A stretch of 64,000 bases of DNA, from NCBI GenBank assembly GCA_951406725.2, contig OX597814.1, positions 40,486,001 through 40,550,000 of the forward strand. The letters run 5' to 3'. The notes beneath the pieces were generated by a model. It had not been told where the DNA came from. It made no database searches and saw nothing but the letters and a program-made list of their open reading frames with translations. Source of the stretch: Octopus vulgaris. Its lineage: Eukaryota. Below are positions 40,814 through 53,755 of this stretch, piece after piece. A program made the translations under genes and the position numbers. Each line of letters begins with the position of its first letter. Position 1 is the first letter of the stretch.

Positions 40814-41304
40814 TATATGTGTGTGTGTGTTTATATATATATACATGAGTTTGTCTGCACAACTAGAATATATACTGATTGAACTATATCGACGTAACTA
40901 ATTTCACCTTAAATTCATTTCAATCACCCTTAACCCTAGAGAAAACCATGTTAGAATACTTAGATACGATTTGACCTAATTCAGTTTAGATTAAACCCCT
41001 GATTCCTACTCTGTAGTGGTATTAACTTGTGGTCTCTCAAGTTCTAAATTTTTTATTGCGATATCAGATTTCAAAATATGTTCCATCACGTCACTTGCTA
41101 ATATATTTATATGAGGTTATTTTAAATAATCACATATAAGTAAATTAACTTAGTTCACTTCAAGCCATGATTGCTGGTGGACCTTGAAGGAAGGTGCATA
41201 GAATATTTTAATGGATTGCATTTGCAATTGCACATGCTCTGTGCAGCAAAAACACGTTCGTTCATTGTAACCCAATAGTTATGCTGTACGACCAAGTTTA
41301 ATAT

Positions 41305-42489
41305 TGTTACGAAACGGAATCGCCCGCCGTCATCGTTCGTCCCGAACGGCTCACACAAGTTCCGCCACGGAACCCAAAGAGGCGGAGAGAGGAGAGGCTC
41401 TGCAACAACAACAACCCCCAACAGCACAGAGATACAGAGGCACAACCCGAGATCCAACCCAAAGAGAGGCAAGGCAACAGAGACACTGGCTTATATTCAA
41501 ACAACAGTTTATACGACAATTACAATTGTTACAACATCAAATACATTTAAAGGAAACATGCACGTGACTACTCAATACATCATGCAACAGATCAACGCAT
41601 AATACAACAGCATGTAACAAGAGTACAATTCAAAGTTCAACAGTTCTTTAAAGTCTCTTTCTGCACATCACAGATAAAGTCACATCAACAAGTCCTTTAC
41701 TCAATTCTGAACATAAACACCACAACTCGATAATCGACATATCGACAGAGTCTCTGACTGTTCTCTTCACTGTTCAATACACAAATCACATACCTTAATT
41801 CCTAATTGAATCTGCCAGTGTCCCATTCCTCTCAATCCTGCTAATTCCTCTGAATACTGCTAAATCCTTCTGTACATATTCCCTCTGCACATATCCCAAT
41901 CAGTGCCGCCAAGCTATCGCATCCCAGCTCGCTCCTAAGAATTCCAACGCTTCCAAGATTCCATCCACTCGCTCTGACCTCCAGAGTCCGTCTGTCTTCT
42001 TCGACGACCAGCCACGAACTCCAAGATCCGTCTGTGCTCCTCGACGACCGCTCAACGACTGCCCAGAACCTCACTTCCTTGTCCTGACTTCCACTCCTTC
42101 ATCTCCCTCTGTTCTACCACCTATAGTCTTTCTATTTGCTATCTGATTCCTTACTCTATCTATATCGCCTACTGTCCCTTAGCCTCTCTATCTGTCCCTT
42201 AGTCTTATACTCTATCTCTCTCATGACAGCTCTACCAAACTCTCTGCCTGTCCTTCTCTCCTACTGTCAATACCCTCTCCATCTGCTCTTAGATTCCCTT
42301 AATCTGTCCTCCTCTTCACTTCTTCAAGGGGTGCCAAGAGCGACCCCTAATTCACCCGCACAAGGTCACAGGTCATTCCAAAACCCATTAGTCCTCCATT
42401 AAACAAAAGACTGTCACTTTTCTACTAGACATGCCGGAACCATAATTCCAATGTGGGTCACCGGGAAATGCACCAGCTAAACCGTAACA
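41305..42489 (-). repeat. 3' LTR
   Basis: Near-identical to 44492-45676. It is preceded on the minus strand by the PPT GGTAGGGGGTAG (42490-42501). Confidence 0.95.
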
Positions 42490-42559
42490 CTACCCCCTAC
42501 CTAAGCTTTTGTCGACCCGACAAAGGATAACAAACCCCCAGATCCGAGGGTGAGCTCCA

Positions 42560-43624
42560 TCAGACGTTCCAGGAACTGAAGGTCCCCTTGGGTGGTTTCT
42601 CCTCCGGGGGTCTCACCTCCCACGGCCACCACTTCAGCACCAGCCACAGGTTGGCACCTTCCCTCTGCGGCTTGGGTAACACCTCCGCCAACGCCGCCAG
42701 GCTTCCTACTAGCCGCCCACAATAGGCGCACCGTCCGAGGAAGTTCCTCAAATCCCTTACAGAGGAAGGGTCCGGCCAATCCTTCACAGTGGCCACCTTC
42801 CTCAGGGCTCTATAACCCACGTAGCACCTCGCTGTGCCATCCCCATTCCGCGCAATTATCGCCGACGACCACGGACCATTCCGCTTTTCCACTGTTCCCC
42901 GTCGCCGATATCTCCCCTTGCGCTGCCGTACTGGGACTTTCCTCCGGCCTCGCTGCTTCCTCAAGCGACGACCGCCCTGGTCGACGAAACATTCTGCCAG
43001 GTCCGTGCGACCAGCATCCAACAACCCTCGCGACCAACGTCCTGCACTTTTCACCAACGGTTGCTTCTTCCGCAACTGCATCAGCGGACCACGATCTCCC
43101 TTAACTTCATCACTGCACCGGCAGAACTGACCCCGCAGCTGGTTTACCGTCCGGCGCAGTTCCACGATTTGCCCTCTGCAAATCGCCTGCGCAGCCTTCA
43201 ATAAATCGGCCGACCCACCCAGCGCTCTGTCAGCCTCTGCCTCCACCAGGGTCCAGCCGACCCTCAACTGAGTTCCTATTCCGCACTGCATGTCGGGCTC
43301 CACCGGCCCCACGCAACCATCGAACACAGAGCTCCCCCAAGTGCCAACAAAGCACCAGCGACTCCTTGCGGACTGCTTCCTCAACTGCATCCGTGGGCCA
43401 CCATCTCCTTCCACTGCGTTGCCGTATCGGCAGAACTGGCCCCACCACAGGTTCGCCATCTGGCACGATTCCTCGATTTGCCTTCTGCAAATCGCCTGTG
43501 CCACTTCCAAAAGATCGGCCGACCCAGCCAGCGCTCCACCAGCTTCTGCTTCCACTAGGGTCCACCCGACCCTCAATCGAGCTTTCACTAGGCACTGCCT
43601 GTCGGGCTCCACGGCCCCAAGCAA
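42560..43624 (-). CDS. pol-derived ORF lacking the RT catalytic core, with an in-frame internal duplication
   Basis: PWSSAIIARNGDGTARCYVGYRAL (RT start, compare PWSSP....KKDG..RFCVDYR.L) is fused to VKDWPDPSSVRDLRNFLGRCAYCGRLV (thumb/connection). No YxDD is present. Confidence 0.5.
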   Translation of the reverse strand: MLGAVEPDRQCLVKARLRVGWTLVEAEAGGALAGSADLLEVAQAICRRQIEESCQMANLWWGQFCRYGNAVEGDGGPRMQLRKQSARSRWCFVGTWGSSVFDGCVGPVEPDMQCGIGTQLRVGWTLVEAEADRALGGSADLLKAAQAICRGQIVELRRTVNQLRGQFCRCSDEVKGDRGPLMQLRKKQPLVKSAGRWSRGLLDAGRTDLAECFVDQGGRRLRKQRGRRKVPVRQRKGRYRRRGTVEKRNGPWSSAIIARNGDGTARCYVGYRALRKVATVKDWPDPSSVRDLRNFLGRCAYCGRLVGSLAALAEVLPKPQREGANLWLVLKWWPWEVRPPEEKPPKGTFSSWNV

Positions 43625-44463
43625 CCATCAACCACAAAGCTCACCCAACGCTGAAGCAGTCTTCCTGGACTCGGTGGACCCACCACCGTTCGCAGCCGTC
43701 TCGCCTCGCCAACGGGCCTGGTCCTTTTCCTCACCAGCTTCCGTACCGCAGGCCTCACAACACACACGCTCGGCCGCCGGTCCATCCACGCCTGTGGCCT
43801 CTCCACAGTGGGAACCATACAGTCCCTCTGGGCCCCAAGAGACAGGGGTCCAGACACCAAAGGACCCGCACACGGCATAGCACCTGCCGCGACCATCACA
43901 CACAGAGCCGGAACCTCGGACTCAGCGACATTCGCCCCAGACCTCGCCAGCTCTTCGTCCTGAGCTCCGAGAGACAGGGGTCGAGATGCCAAGGGCTCCA
44001 GACACGGAACAACAGCATCAGCCATAACACCTTCCACAGGCCTTTTGGTTACTTCAACATCTACGGGTTCCAAATCACAAGATTTCTTGGGTACAGCGTC
44101 ACAAATTTCGGCAACCCGCCCAGGTTCCGCAAACACAGCCGGTCCAGCATCACAGATTTCGGCAACACTTCCTTCACTATTTGTTTCCCTCGATGCTTCG
44201 TTCGACGGGCAATCTCTGCCCACAGGACCATCGCTATCCTCGGTCCAACACCGATCCTTCAAATCTGACCCATCCGCAACCTCAAGCTCCCGCTGATCTG
44301 CCCACAGGCCCTGTCGTCTCCTGTCCATTCTCTCCACGAACGCGTCCGTCTGCGCCATCTGGCCCCTTAACATCTCCACAATCAGAGCAAGCAAAATCCC
44401 CTCGTCTCCGGTCTGACAACCAGACAAATCCATAGCGAAAAAGAACCGATCGAAACGCAGCAA
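43588..44463 (-). CDS. ORF in gag position, no recognisable domain
   Basis: A 291-codon open frame starts just after the PBS and contains a coiled-coil-like segment and a VAEICDA repeat x2. Confidence 0.35.
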   Translation of the reverse strand: MLRFDRFFFAMDLSGCQTGDEGILLALIVEMLRGQMAQTDAFVERMDRRRQGLWADQRELEVADGSDLKDRCWTEDSDGPVGRDCPSNEASRETNSEGSVAEICDAGPAVFAEPGRVAEICDAVPKKSCDLEPVDVEVTKRPVEGVMADAVVPCLEPLASRPLSLGAQDEELARSGANVAESEVPALCVMVAAGAMPCAGPLVSGPLSLGAQRDCMVPTVERPQAWMDRRPSVCVVRPAVRKLVRKRTRPVGEARRLRTVVGPPSPGRLLQRWVSFVVDGCLGPWSPTGSA

Positions 44464-44470
44464 TCAGGAC

Positions 44471-44489
44471 AATCCCACTTCTGACACCA
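44471..44489 (-). promoter_or_regulatory. Primer-binding site, tRNA-Leu
   Basis: TGGTGTCAGAAGTGGGATT lies 2 nt from the LTR and is complementary to the metazoan tRNA-Leu 3' end (AATCCCACTTCTGACACCA). Confidence 0.9.
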
Positions 44490-44491
44490 GT

Positions 44492-45676
44492 TGTTACGAA
44501 ACGGAATCGCCCGCCGTCGTCGCCCGTCCCGAACGGCTCACACAAGTTCCGCCACGGAACCCAAAGAGGCGGAGAGAGGAGATACAGATAGATACTGCCA
44601 CAACCTCAACAGCACAGAGATACAGAGGCACAACCCGAGATCCAACCAAAAGAGAGGCAAGGCAACAGAGATACTGGCTTATATTCAAACAACAGTTTAT
44701 ACGACAATTACAATTGTTACAACATCAAATACATTTAAAGGAAACATGCACGTGACTACTCAATACATCATGCAACAGATCAACGCATAATACAACAGCA
44801 TGTAACAAGAGTACAATTCAAAGTTCAACAGTTCTTTAAAGTCTCTTTCTGAACATCACAGATAAAGTCACATCAACAGTCCTTTACTCAATTCTGAACA
44901 TAAACACCACAACTCGATAATCGACATATCGACAGAGTCTCTGACTGTTCTCTTCACTGTTCAATACACAAATCACATACCTTAATTCCTAATTGAATCT
45001 GCCAGTGTCCCATTCCTCTCAATCCTGCTAATTCCTCTGAATACTGCTAAATCCTTCTGTACATATTCCCTCTGCACATATCCCAATCAGTGCCGCCAAG
45101 CTATCGCATCCCAGCTCGCTCCTAAGAATTCCAACGCTTCCAAGATTCCATGCACTCGCTCTGACCTCCAGAGTCCGTCTCTCTTCTTCGACGACCAGCC
45201 ACGAACTCCAAGATCCGTCTGTGCTCCTCGACGACCGCTCAACGACTGCCCAGAACCTCACTTCCTTGTCCTGACTTCCACTCCCTCATCTCCCTCTGTT
45301 CTACCACCTATAGTCTTTCTATTTGCTATCTGATTCCTTACTCTATCTATATCGCCTACTGTCCCTTAGCCTCTCTATCTGTCCCTTAGTCTTATACTCT
45401 ATCTCTCTCATGACAGCTCTACCAAACTCTCTGCCTGTCCTTCTCTCCTACTGTCAATACCCTCTCCATCTGCTCTTAGATTCCCTTAATCTGTCCTCCT
45501 CTTCACTTCTTCAAGGGGTGCCCAGAGCGACCCCTAATTCACCCGCACAAGGTCACAGGTCATTCCAAAACCCATTAGTCCTCCATTAAACAAAAGACTG
45601 TCCCTTTTCTACTAGACATGCCGGAACCATAATTCCAATGTGGGTCACCGGGAAATGCACCAGCTAAACCGTAACA
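44492..45676 (-). repeat. 5' LTR
   Basis: Near-identical to 41305-42489. It is followed on the minus strand by the PBS. Confidence 0.95.
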
Positions 45677-46193
45677 ATATTAAAGTTAAAAGGAAACAAA
45701 ATATTTGATGATATATTTGTCTCCATCTTTTTTATAATTCATTGAAATCTACGTTCCTGGTAATATTCCTAATCGAGTGAAGCGAACCCAGAGCTACTCT
45801 TGGAAAGGATTACAACGAGATTCCTAAAGCTTAGTGATCATTGACGCTTTATAATACTTCATACAGTTAGCCGTAACCTAGAATATACCTTAATCGACTG
45901 GTAATTATATTTTCGACCCCGAAAGACAAAGACAGCCACAGTGGAATTTGAGCACAGAACATTAAGACGAACGAAATGCTGCTTAACATTTTGCCTGGCA
46001 TGCACACCGCCATATATATATATATATGGTATTGGGCTGGCAGAATATATCATTTTACTCTACAAAATGGCTGTTTAACCTTTTTATATTCATCATAGAA
46101 CAAAACTCCTAACCGGGAAACTCGGTAAGCAGATTCCCGTAAAATGTGGCATTATTGTATATATTAATAACGAGAGATACTTCGTGGATATTC

Positions 46194-46278
<85 letters not shown>

Positions 46279-47104
46279 TTTGTATTTATGCATTTCAAAT
46301 GTTTCGGTATTTGTGGGACAACCTCAACATATCCGTAGGGTATTATTACGTATTCCTTATGATATTTATGGCCCTTATTTCCTTTGGGAGCCCATTAATT
46401 TGACATGCATACTTCACCAGGCACTTTTTCCCATTAGTTTCCATTGGATTTCTTTGTTGTTTAGACTTCAGGATATTAATCTTTCTACATAATCAAAAAT
46501 CGCAGTTCAATTAAAGGACGATGTTATTGAATTCTTAAAAACTACTAGATACATGAATGTATTGATACAGGCAAGAACTTTGACTGGGATAATTTTACTC
46601 GTTGTTTACACGTGGACGTGAAAGATGAGAAGAGAAAGAAAAAGAAAAAAAACAGAAAACTAAAGAAAAAGCAGAGTAAAGGTAAAGAGTGGGAGATAAA
46701 ATTGTGTGTTGTATTCAGTCAAGCGTGCGCAGAGAGGACGACAGGAAGAATAAAAAGAAATGGTGAACGTTATCATGATCTATGGGAGAATATTTGGTGT
46801 CTTCAATTGTAATATATTTTCAAAGACCATGGGTGATTTCTTCATTCTGTGAGAACAAGATAAAACCACGTCAGCATATCTACTTATTATATGTTCCTTA
46901 CATCTGATAATTTCCTGTGAAATCCCGTCAAAAATGTTGGTGTTTGTCAATATTAGCCATTTAGATGTAAATTCCTTTCTGTTGCGTTTTTAGTCTCCAG
47001 ATAAGGTTAGCTAATGGTGCGATTTAAAGATAAAACAATGTAAAGTATATATATATTTTTTCTAGTTAATTTTAGTTAATGTTACTTTATTTTCAGACCA
47101 TAAA

Positions 47105-48135
47105 AATTGAATGTCAAGATAGGAAAACGAGCATTTTCAACACCTCTTTCTTTTTGTATTTAATCAAGGTTCTAAGGCTGAAAAAGCTGCACGCAACATC
47201 TGTACTGTGTATGGAGAGGGTGCCATAGCTGAAAGAACAGCTTAGGATAGGTATGCCAAGTTCAAAAATGGAAATTTTGACCTCAATGATGCACCTCGTT
47301 CTGGCCGTCCATTTGAGTTCGATGAAGAGCGATTAAACCAAATTTTTACCAAAATTGTCGTCAAACGACAATGGAAATGGCAGAGAAAATGGAATGCTCC
47401 CACACTGTTATAGAGAATCATCTTCACTCGAGTCGAAATCGTGTGATTTCTATCAACGTGTTATTCAGAAGTATGGAGCATAGGCTCCGCATGCTTTAAG
47501 TGACAACAAGAAAAATCAACGAGCCACAATCCCCGCTGGTTTGCTTGCTCGTCACCGCTCAACTCATGGACACGAGCAACGATTTCTTTACCGAATCGTT
47601 ACTGGAAATGTAAAATGGCGCCTGTACATCAAAATGCGACACCGCGCATGAAACAAGATCTTCATCTGCGTAAAACGATATTTTGCGTATGGTGGGATTG
47701 GGAAGGGATTATCCATTACGAATTGCTTGAACAGAACCAAGCGGTTAACTCAGCACTCTATGTTCAAAAGATGGAACGATTGAACTCGGCTATTCACAAT
47801 AAAAGACCTAATCGGTATCATGGAGTTCTTCTGCTTCACGACAATGCGCGCCCTCATATCACCAATATGACCAAGGAAGCCATTCAAACGCATGGCTGGT
47901 AAGTGCTGCCACACCCATCGTACTCTCCTGATTTAGCTCCAACAGATTTCCAACTCTTTCAATCTCTTTCAAATGCAATGCGCGGAATTTTGTTCAATAC
48001 TCATGCGGAAATGAAAGCTTGTTGTATCAATTATTCGAGTCGAAATCTGTGGTTTCTACCAACAAGGTATTGAAAATCTTGTTGAAGGTTCGGAAGAAGT
48101 TGTAAAGAGCAAATGTGAATACATTATTGATTAAT
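47105..48135 (+). mobile_element. mariner (DD34D) transposase pseudogene
   Basis: AARNICTVYGEG...FKNGNFDLNDAPRSGRP, FLYRIVTG, CVWWDWEGIIHYELL, LLLHDNARPH and HPSYSPDLAPTDF. Many stops and frameshifts; TIRs not found. Confidence 0.92.
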
Positions 48136-48153
48136 TAGTTATTTTTATTAGAC

Positions 48154-48223
<70 letters not shown>

Positions 48224-48235
48224 ACGTATATATAG

Positions 48236-48270
<35 letters not shown>

Positions 48271-48281
48271 TTGTATGCATG

Positions 48282-48340
<59 letters not shown>

Positions 48341-48341
48341 A

Positions 48342-48375
<34 letters not shown>

Positions 48376-48397
48376 GCTATCTAGCTATCTATCTATA

Positions 48398-48437
<40 letters not shown>

Positions 48438-48444
48438 GAAATAA

Positions 48445-48679
48445 CATTAATTTGTAATTGACATCTTCACATTTTCTGCAGTGAAACACGCTCTCTTTGT
48501 CCTTTATCAAATGAGCTAGTTTTCTCAGATTTGAACTGCATTTTGTTAGTTGCCGATTCATATTCTAGTTAGGAATTGTTTATAATTGCGAAATTTATGT
48601 CGTACATTTTCTAGAAACTTACTAAATATTCCTGTTATTTATATATTTCGAAAATATGTTCTAATGAAGTTATTCTAAG

Positions 48680-48754
<75 letters not shown>

Positions 48755-49621
48755 TATGTATGTGTATTAAGTGTAGATAAAAATCAATCAACATTTGCAA
48801 TAATTGGTGTATTGAAACACAGGTACCAAACTTGAAATAAGAGTGACCGATATATTCTACTACCAATACTATTGCAATATTTCCTATTATTTCAAACAAT
48901 AACATGGAATCTATTGGGCGATTGCGCTTTCCCCTATAATAAAATATATGCTTTGTTTCAAAGACATTCTTGGTTCTATTTCTCTTTTTTTTTTCAGAAC
49001 ACTTTCATCTAATATAAACATCAATATTTTTTTAAATGTAGGTGGTTGCATTGTTTGTTTTAGGTTTTTTACAGACGACATAGAAAAGAAATATGTGATA
49101 CGCGAAGGAAGTGTATTTGATAAAAAAAAATTATCATCATGACTTTTAAAATTATGTGTTATTATCATCTTCGTTAGTCTAAAAATTCTGGATAGTGATA
49201 ACCACTCTCTAACGTTATTCCAAGACAGAAGCACTGAAACAGATTTAGAATTGATAGGGCACACTGTTTCCAAAGAATCACTAATAAACGATTACCATAA
49301 TGCAGTTTTATTTCATTTCTTTTCTTAATCTATATAGCATCCTGCTGTATAGAAACAGTTCCGTGTTGTTTTGCGGAAAAAAAAAACAAAAAAAACTCAT
49401 TAATTTGTAAGTGACATCTTCACATTTTCTGCAGTGAAACACGCTCTCTTTGTCCTTTATCAAATGAGCTAGTTTTCTCATATTCGAACTGCATTTTGTT
49501 AGTCGCCGATTCCTATTCTAGTTAGGAATTGTTGATAATTGCGAAATTTATGTCGTAGATTTTCTAGAAACTTACTAAGTATTCCTGTTATTTATATATT
49601 TCGAAAATATATTCTAATGAA
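48445..49621. repeat. ~224-bp direct duplication (48445-48668 and 49398-49621)
   Basis: Aligns end to end with about ten substitutions by eye. Confidence 0.9.
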
Positions 49622-50504
49622 TGAACCTAACAGATGTATAATTTAACACATTGATTTATGACACACTATGCTGGATAAGGTTGCATTTTCTGCGATGTGT
49701 GCGCCCTAGATTATAAGTGTGTGTGTGTGTGTTTGTGTATGAGTGTGTGCGTGTTTATCTTTTAGATTTTGTCACCAACATTCACTTGATCTATACATTA
49801 TAAATGTGTGAATTATATATTTCCATTCTTTGACCTTCTTTTAGTCCATCCTTCTTTACCGGGCTTATCGCCAGCTCAGTTGGAAATATCCATTTACATA
49901 TTGAAATTGAATTAAGGATGGTGATCCGTGTTTCAATATGAAGAAAGGGGTGGGAAGGAGTTAGTAATTGTTCATGTGATTTGCTTCATACATAGCGAAC
50001 TTCCAGGTACAACATGATTATTATATAACATAATAAACTTGTGAACACAAAGTGATCCTCTTCAAAGATTTGTATCACTATCACGGACAGACAATATGGA
50101 AAAAGAAAATTTCAAATTAGCATACGATAAGAAAAAAATGAATGCTTAAACCGGAATCTACCAGATGTAATTCATTAAAAAACAACTTCACATTTAGTTA
50201 CATCATATAAATAAACATGAAGGACAATACTATACCCACTAAATATTCATAATCTTACTTATCAACATATCGTGGGAAGTAGTAAGAATATTTTGAAAAA
50301 ATTTAAACAACTGAAAATTATCGTACTTACTAGAAGTAGCAATATTTTAAAACCAAAGTGATTACGAATATGCGTAATGTAAAAATAAAATGAAGTCGGC
50401 GTGTATTGACAGGAAATATTTTAAAAATATATCTCTCTAATGCATAATGATGACCTAAATTATTTTAAAAAATTGTACTGAACACATTCTAACTGAAAAC
50501 AATT

Positions 50505-50913
50505 CTCTTTTACTCTTTTTCTTGTTTCAGTCATCTGACTGTAGCCATGCTGGAACACCGCCTTTATTCGAGGAAATCGACCCAAGGACTTAATCTTTGT
50601 AAGCCTAGTACTTATTCTATCGGTCTCTTTTTCCGAAACGATAAGTTACGGGGATGTAAACACACCAGCATCGGTTGTCAAGCGATGTTGGGAGGACAAA
50701 CACAGACACAAAAACACACACAAACATATATATATATATGCATACACACGACGGGTTTCTTTTCAGTTTCCGTCTACCAAATCCACTCACAAGGCTTTGG
50801 TCGGCCCTGGGCTATAGTAGAAGATACTTGCCCAAGGTGCCACGCAGTGGGACCGAACCCGAAACGATGTGTTTGGTAAGCAAGCCATTTACCTCACAGC
50901 CACTCCAGCACCT
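50505..50913 (-). mobile_element. tRNA-derived CORE-type SINE. Fragments also at ~6085-6155, 15230-15380, 15595-15690 and 52030-52080.
   Basis: The minus-strand head has A-box-like TGGCTGTGAGG, B-box-like GGTTCGGTCCC and CORE-like CCTTGGGCAAGT, followed by an internal CA/TA run and an (AAAAGAGT)-type tail. Confidence 0.85.
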
Positions 50914-53031
50914 GTGAAAACGAATTGCAAAAAATCGTAATTGAAATAATGGCTTGGGTCAGTTTTGTAAATTTTAAACTTTGTCACAGAAGAAATGAAT
51001 TCATAATATTACATATTAATTCATTTTGTTTGTCAGAAACTATTTTCAGATAACAATCCAAAATCCAGCAGGCAGTTTGGCTTACTTTGTGTATCTTACT
51101 GTTTGAACTGTCTAAACACTTCTACACACACACACACACACAATTACACACCCACACCCAAGTACACACCCACACCCAAGTACACACAATACAACTTTAT
51201 CCTGGATACAGTGTCATAAATCAATCTGTCGAATTATATATCTCGTTTGTTTATTCATTAGGAAATATTTTTAAAACTATAGATAAGAAAATTTTATGAA
51301 TTTCTAGAAAATTTACGATTAAAATTCGCAAGTATAAATACTAAATGGCGTTCGAAGATTGCTTGCTTTATGAACGCTGCAATAATGGAATATGTATATA
51401 AATATTAACGAGAAAGCATGTGTTTAACAAACAATACCCCTAACATTTAATATCGACTTACCCCACTGAAATAATTTATGTAGCGCGAGGTCAGTTCCTG
51501 TATGCATCCTCGTAAATGACCCACAATTTCTGCATTCCTTTAATAGGGTTAATTCGTTTCCAAATTAACCCTATTATATGAAATATGTATGTTAATAACA
51601 TATTTATTGTGACAGAAACAGGCTGAGACTTAGGATTATCTTGAAAAGTATATAATTCGAGAATATATTTAATGTGAAAATGCAAAAAAAGGTATCAGTT
51701 GCCTTATAGAGTTGCAATGTAGACTGAAGATTATCTACAAACGGATACAGTGATTTCCATCCGTAAATATTTATATGTATGTTCGTATATTTTCATCCTT
51801 AAACAAAGATTTCAACTACGAAATTTCATGTCAATCAAAAAATTGTTAATAAGGTTTTTATGAATACATTACTAAATGGAGTCAGAGAATAACAGAAAAC
51901 TATAATAATACGAATTGTTACATAACATAACGTTACCATTAGCAATACAATCCGATCAAATAATGACTGAATGAATTCCATAAATAGAAAACAGAAAAAA
52001 AGATCTTCGAATTCGGTCTGCTTTAGCATTAGCGCACTCAAATGACTAAAAGTAAAAGAGTAAAAGAAAAGTAAAAGGATATATAAAAAAAAAACAACTG
52101 AAAACTCTTGAATTAATAACTTAATGAATCTGAAACTAGGAACCAGAAAGTTTTTTTAAAAAAACATACATCACTAAAATAAAATGTTCACGAACTTCCT
52201 ATGTCTACTTATACAGTACACTGGGATCTATTGCATTGTAATAAAATAGTATCACAATTTTTGTCACTGTTCATTGAATATGGTTAGAGCAAAACGACGA
52301 TAAGTATTCCTGTTCCTTCTATGTAATGTTAGCAACATGCGAATTATTAGGACGAATCACTAATAATTAAAACACAAATCAAATTTAAGCATACATATTC
52401 AAGACGGGTAACATGAGTCATGACTTGTACCACGATTTAACGATTTTAAAATTTCTATTTAGAATCTAAGACTTAATAAATTAACTCATGTATTCCCATC
52501 AGTTTTTCAACCCACTGCAGGGCTCGCAAATAACACGCTTTATTATCTTCAGCATTTCATTGGGTTAATGATGCCTGGAAGATATTCAAATAAGGAAGAA
52601 TCAATGTAACGTTCTTAATTTAAATTACACACATGCTGTAAAAATCTCTACGTAAAATAATGAATATAACATGCAAGGTCGATTATAATGATGACGGTAG
52701 AATAGCATGTTTGACAGAAGTTCCGAAATCATATACACTGTACATGACTTTATATATTTATGTCCATATATTTATGTATCCATATATATATTTACAAACA
52801 TATATGTGTGTATGTGCATGATTATACCCGTATATATCCACATGCATACAGTTCTATATTTAAGAGACGAGGAATTATGTCCGTTATTTATATTATTTAC
52901 GTATGACGGATGTTTGTCCTCATCTTGGTTGCTGCTAACACAACGTTTCACATATTTTTTCCGAACTTTAATAGGTGTCTTGGGGAAATTTCGAACCTGG
53001 GTTCTCATTCCTAAGATATCTTTCGATGATA

Positions 53032-53092
<61 letters not shown>

Positions 53093-53108
53093 TATTGTTA
53101 TTATAATT

Positions 53109-53139
<31 letters not shown>

Positions 53140-53237
53140 TTATTAATATTATTATTATTAATATTGTTATTATTATTGTTATTATTATTATAATTATAAT
53201 TAGTATTGATATTATTATTGTTATTATTATTGTTATT

Positions 53238-53270
<33 letters not shown>

Positions 53271-53272
<2 letters not shown>

Positions 53273-53597
53273 AGAAGACTCCGCCGGTTACGACGACGAG
53301 GGTCCCAGCTGATACGATCAACGGAACAGCTTGCTCGTGAAATTAACGTGCAAATGGCTGAGCAGTCCACAGACACGTGTACCCTTAACGTAGTTCTCGG
53401 GGATAATCAGCGTGACACAGAGAGTGACAAGGCTGACCCTTTGAAATACCAGTACAACTCACTATTGCCAGCTGAGTGGACTGGAGCAACGTGAAATAAA
53501 GTGTCTTGCTCAAGGACACAACGCGTCGCCGGGAATCGAACTCACAACCTTACGATCATGAGCCGAATGCCCTAACCACTAAGCCACGCGCCCTCAC
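53271..53597 (-). mobile_element. tRNA-derived SINE inside TAA repeats
   Basis: Minus strand has A box TGGCTTAGTGG, B box GAGTTCGATTCCC and CORE-like TGTCCTTGAGCAAGACACTT. Confidence 0.85.
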
Positions 53598-53691
53598 ACA
53601 ATTATTATTATTATTAATAAGATTATTATCATTATTGTTATTATTCTTATTATTGTTATTATTGTTGTTACCATTGTTGTTGTTGTTGTTA

Positions 53692-53753
<62 letters not shown>

Positions 53754-53755
53754 TT

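Larger units (their letters stand above)
41305..45676 (-). mobile_element. Non-autonomous Gypsy/Ty3-type LTR retrotransposon
   Basis: Two 1185-bp LTRs with TGTTACG...CGTAACA ends, ATAT TSD (41301-41304 and 45677-45680), PBS and PPT on the minus strand, and a 2.0-kb internal region with pol remnants. Confidence 0.95.

Noticed and set aside
42592-44435. Plus-strand ORFs of 170-300 aa inside the Gypsy element
   Set aside because: They are antisense shadows of GC-rich sequence with no motifs, and the PBS/PPT define the minus strand as sense.
51541-51576. Perfect 14-bp inverted repeat TAATAGGGTTAATT/AATTAACCCTATTA as a terminator
   Set aside because: Eukaryotic, AT-rich context. It is more likely a piece of an old DNA-transposon remnant and no function can be supported.
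53520-53597. Possible tRNA gene (also SINE heads at 50.9 and 57.1 kb, and the tRNA-Leu match at 44471)
   Set aside because: A/B boxes run into SINE bodies without a complete cloverleaf, and the tRNA-Leu match is the 19-nt PBS.
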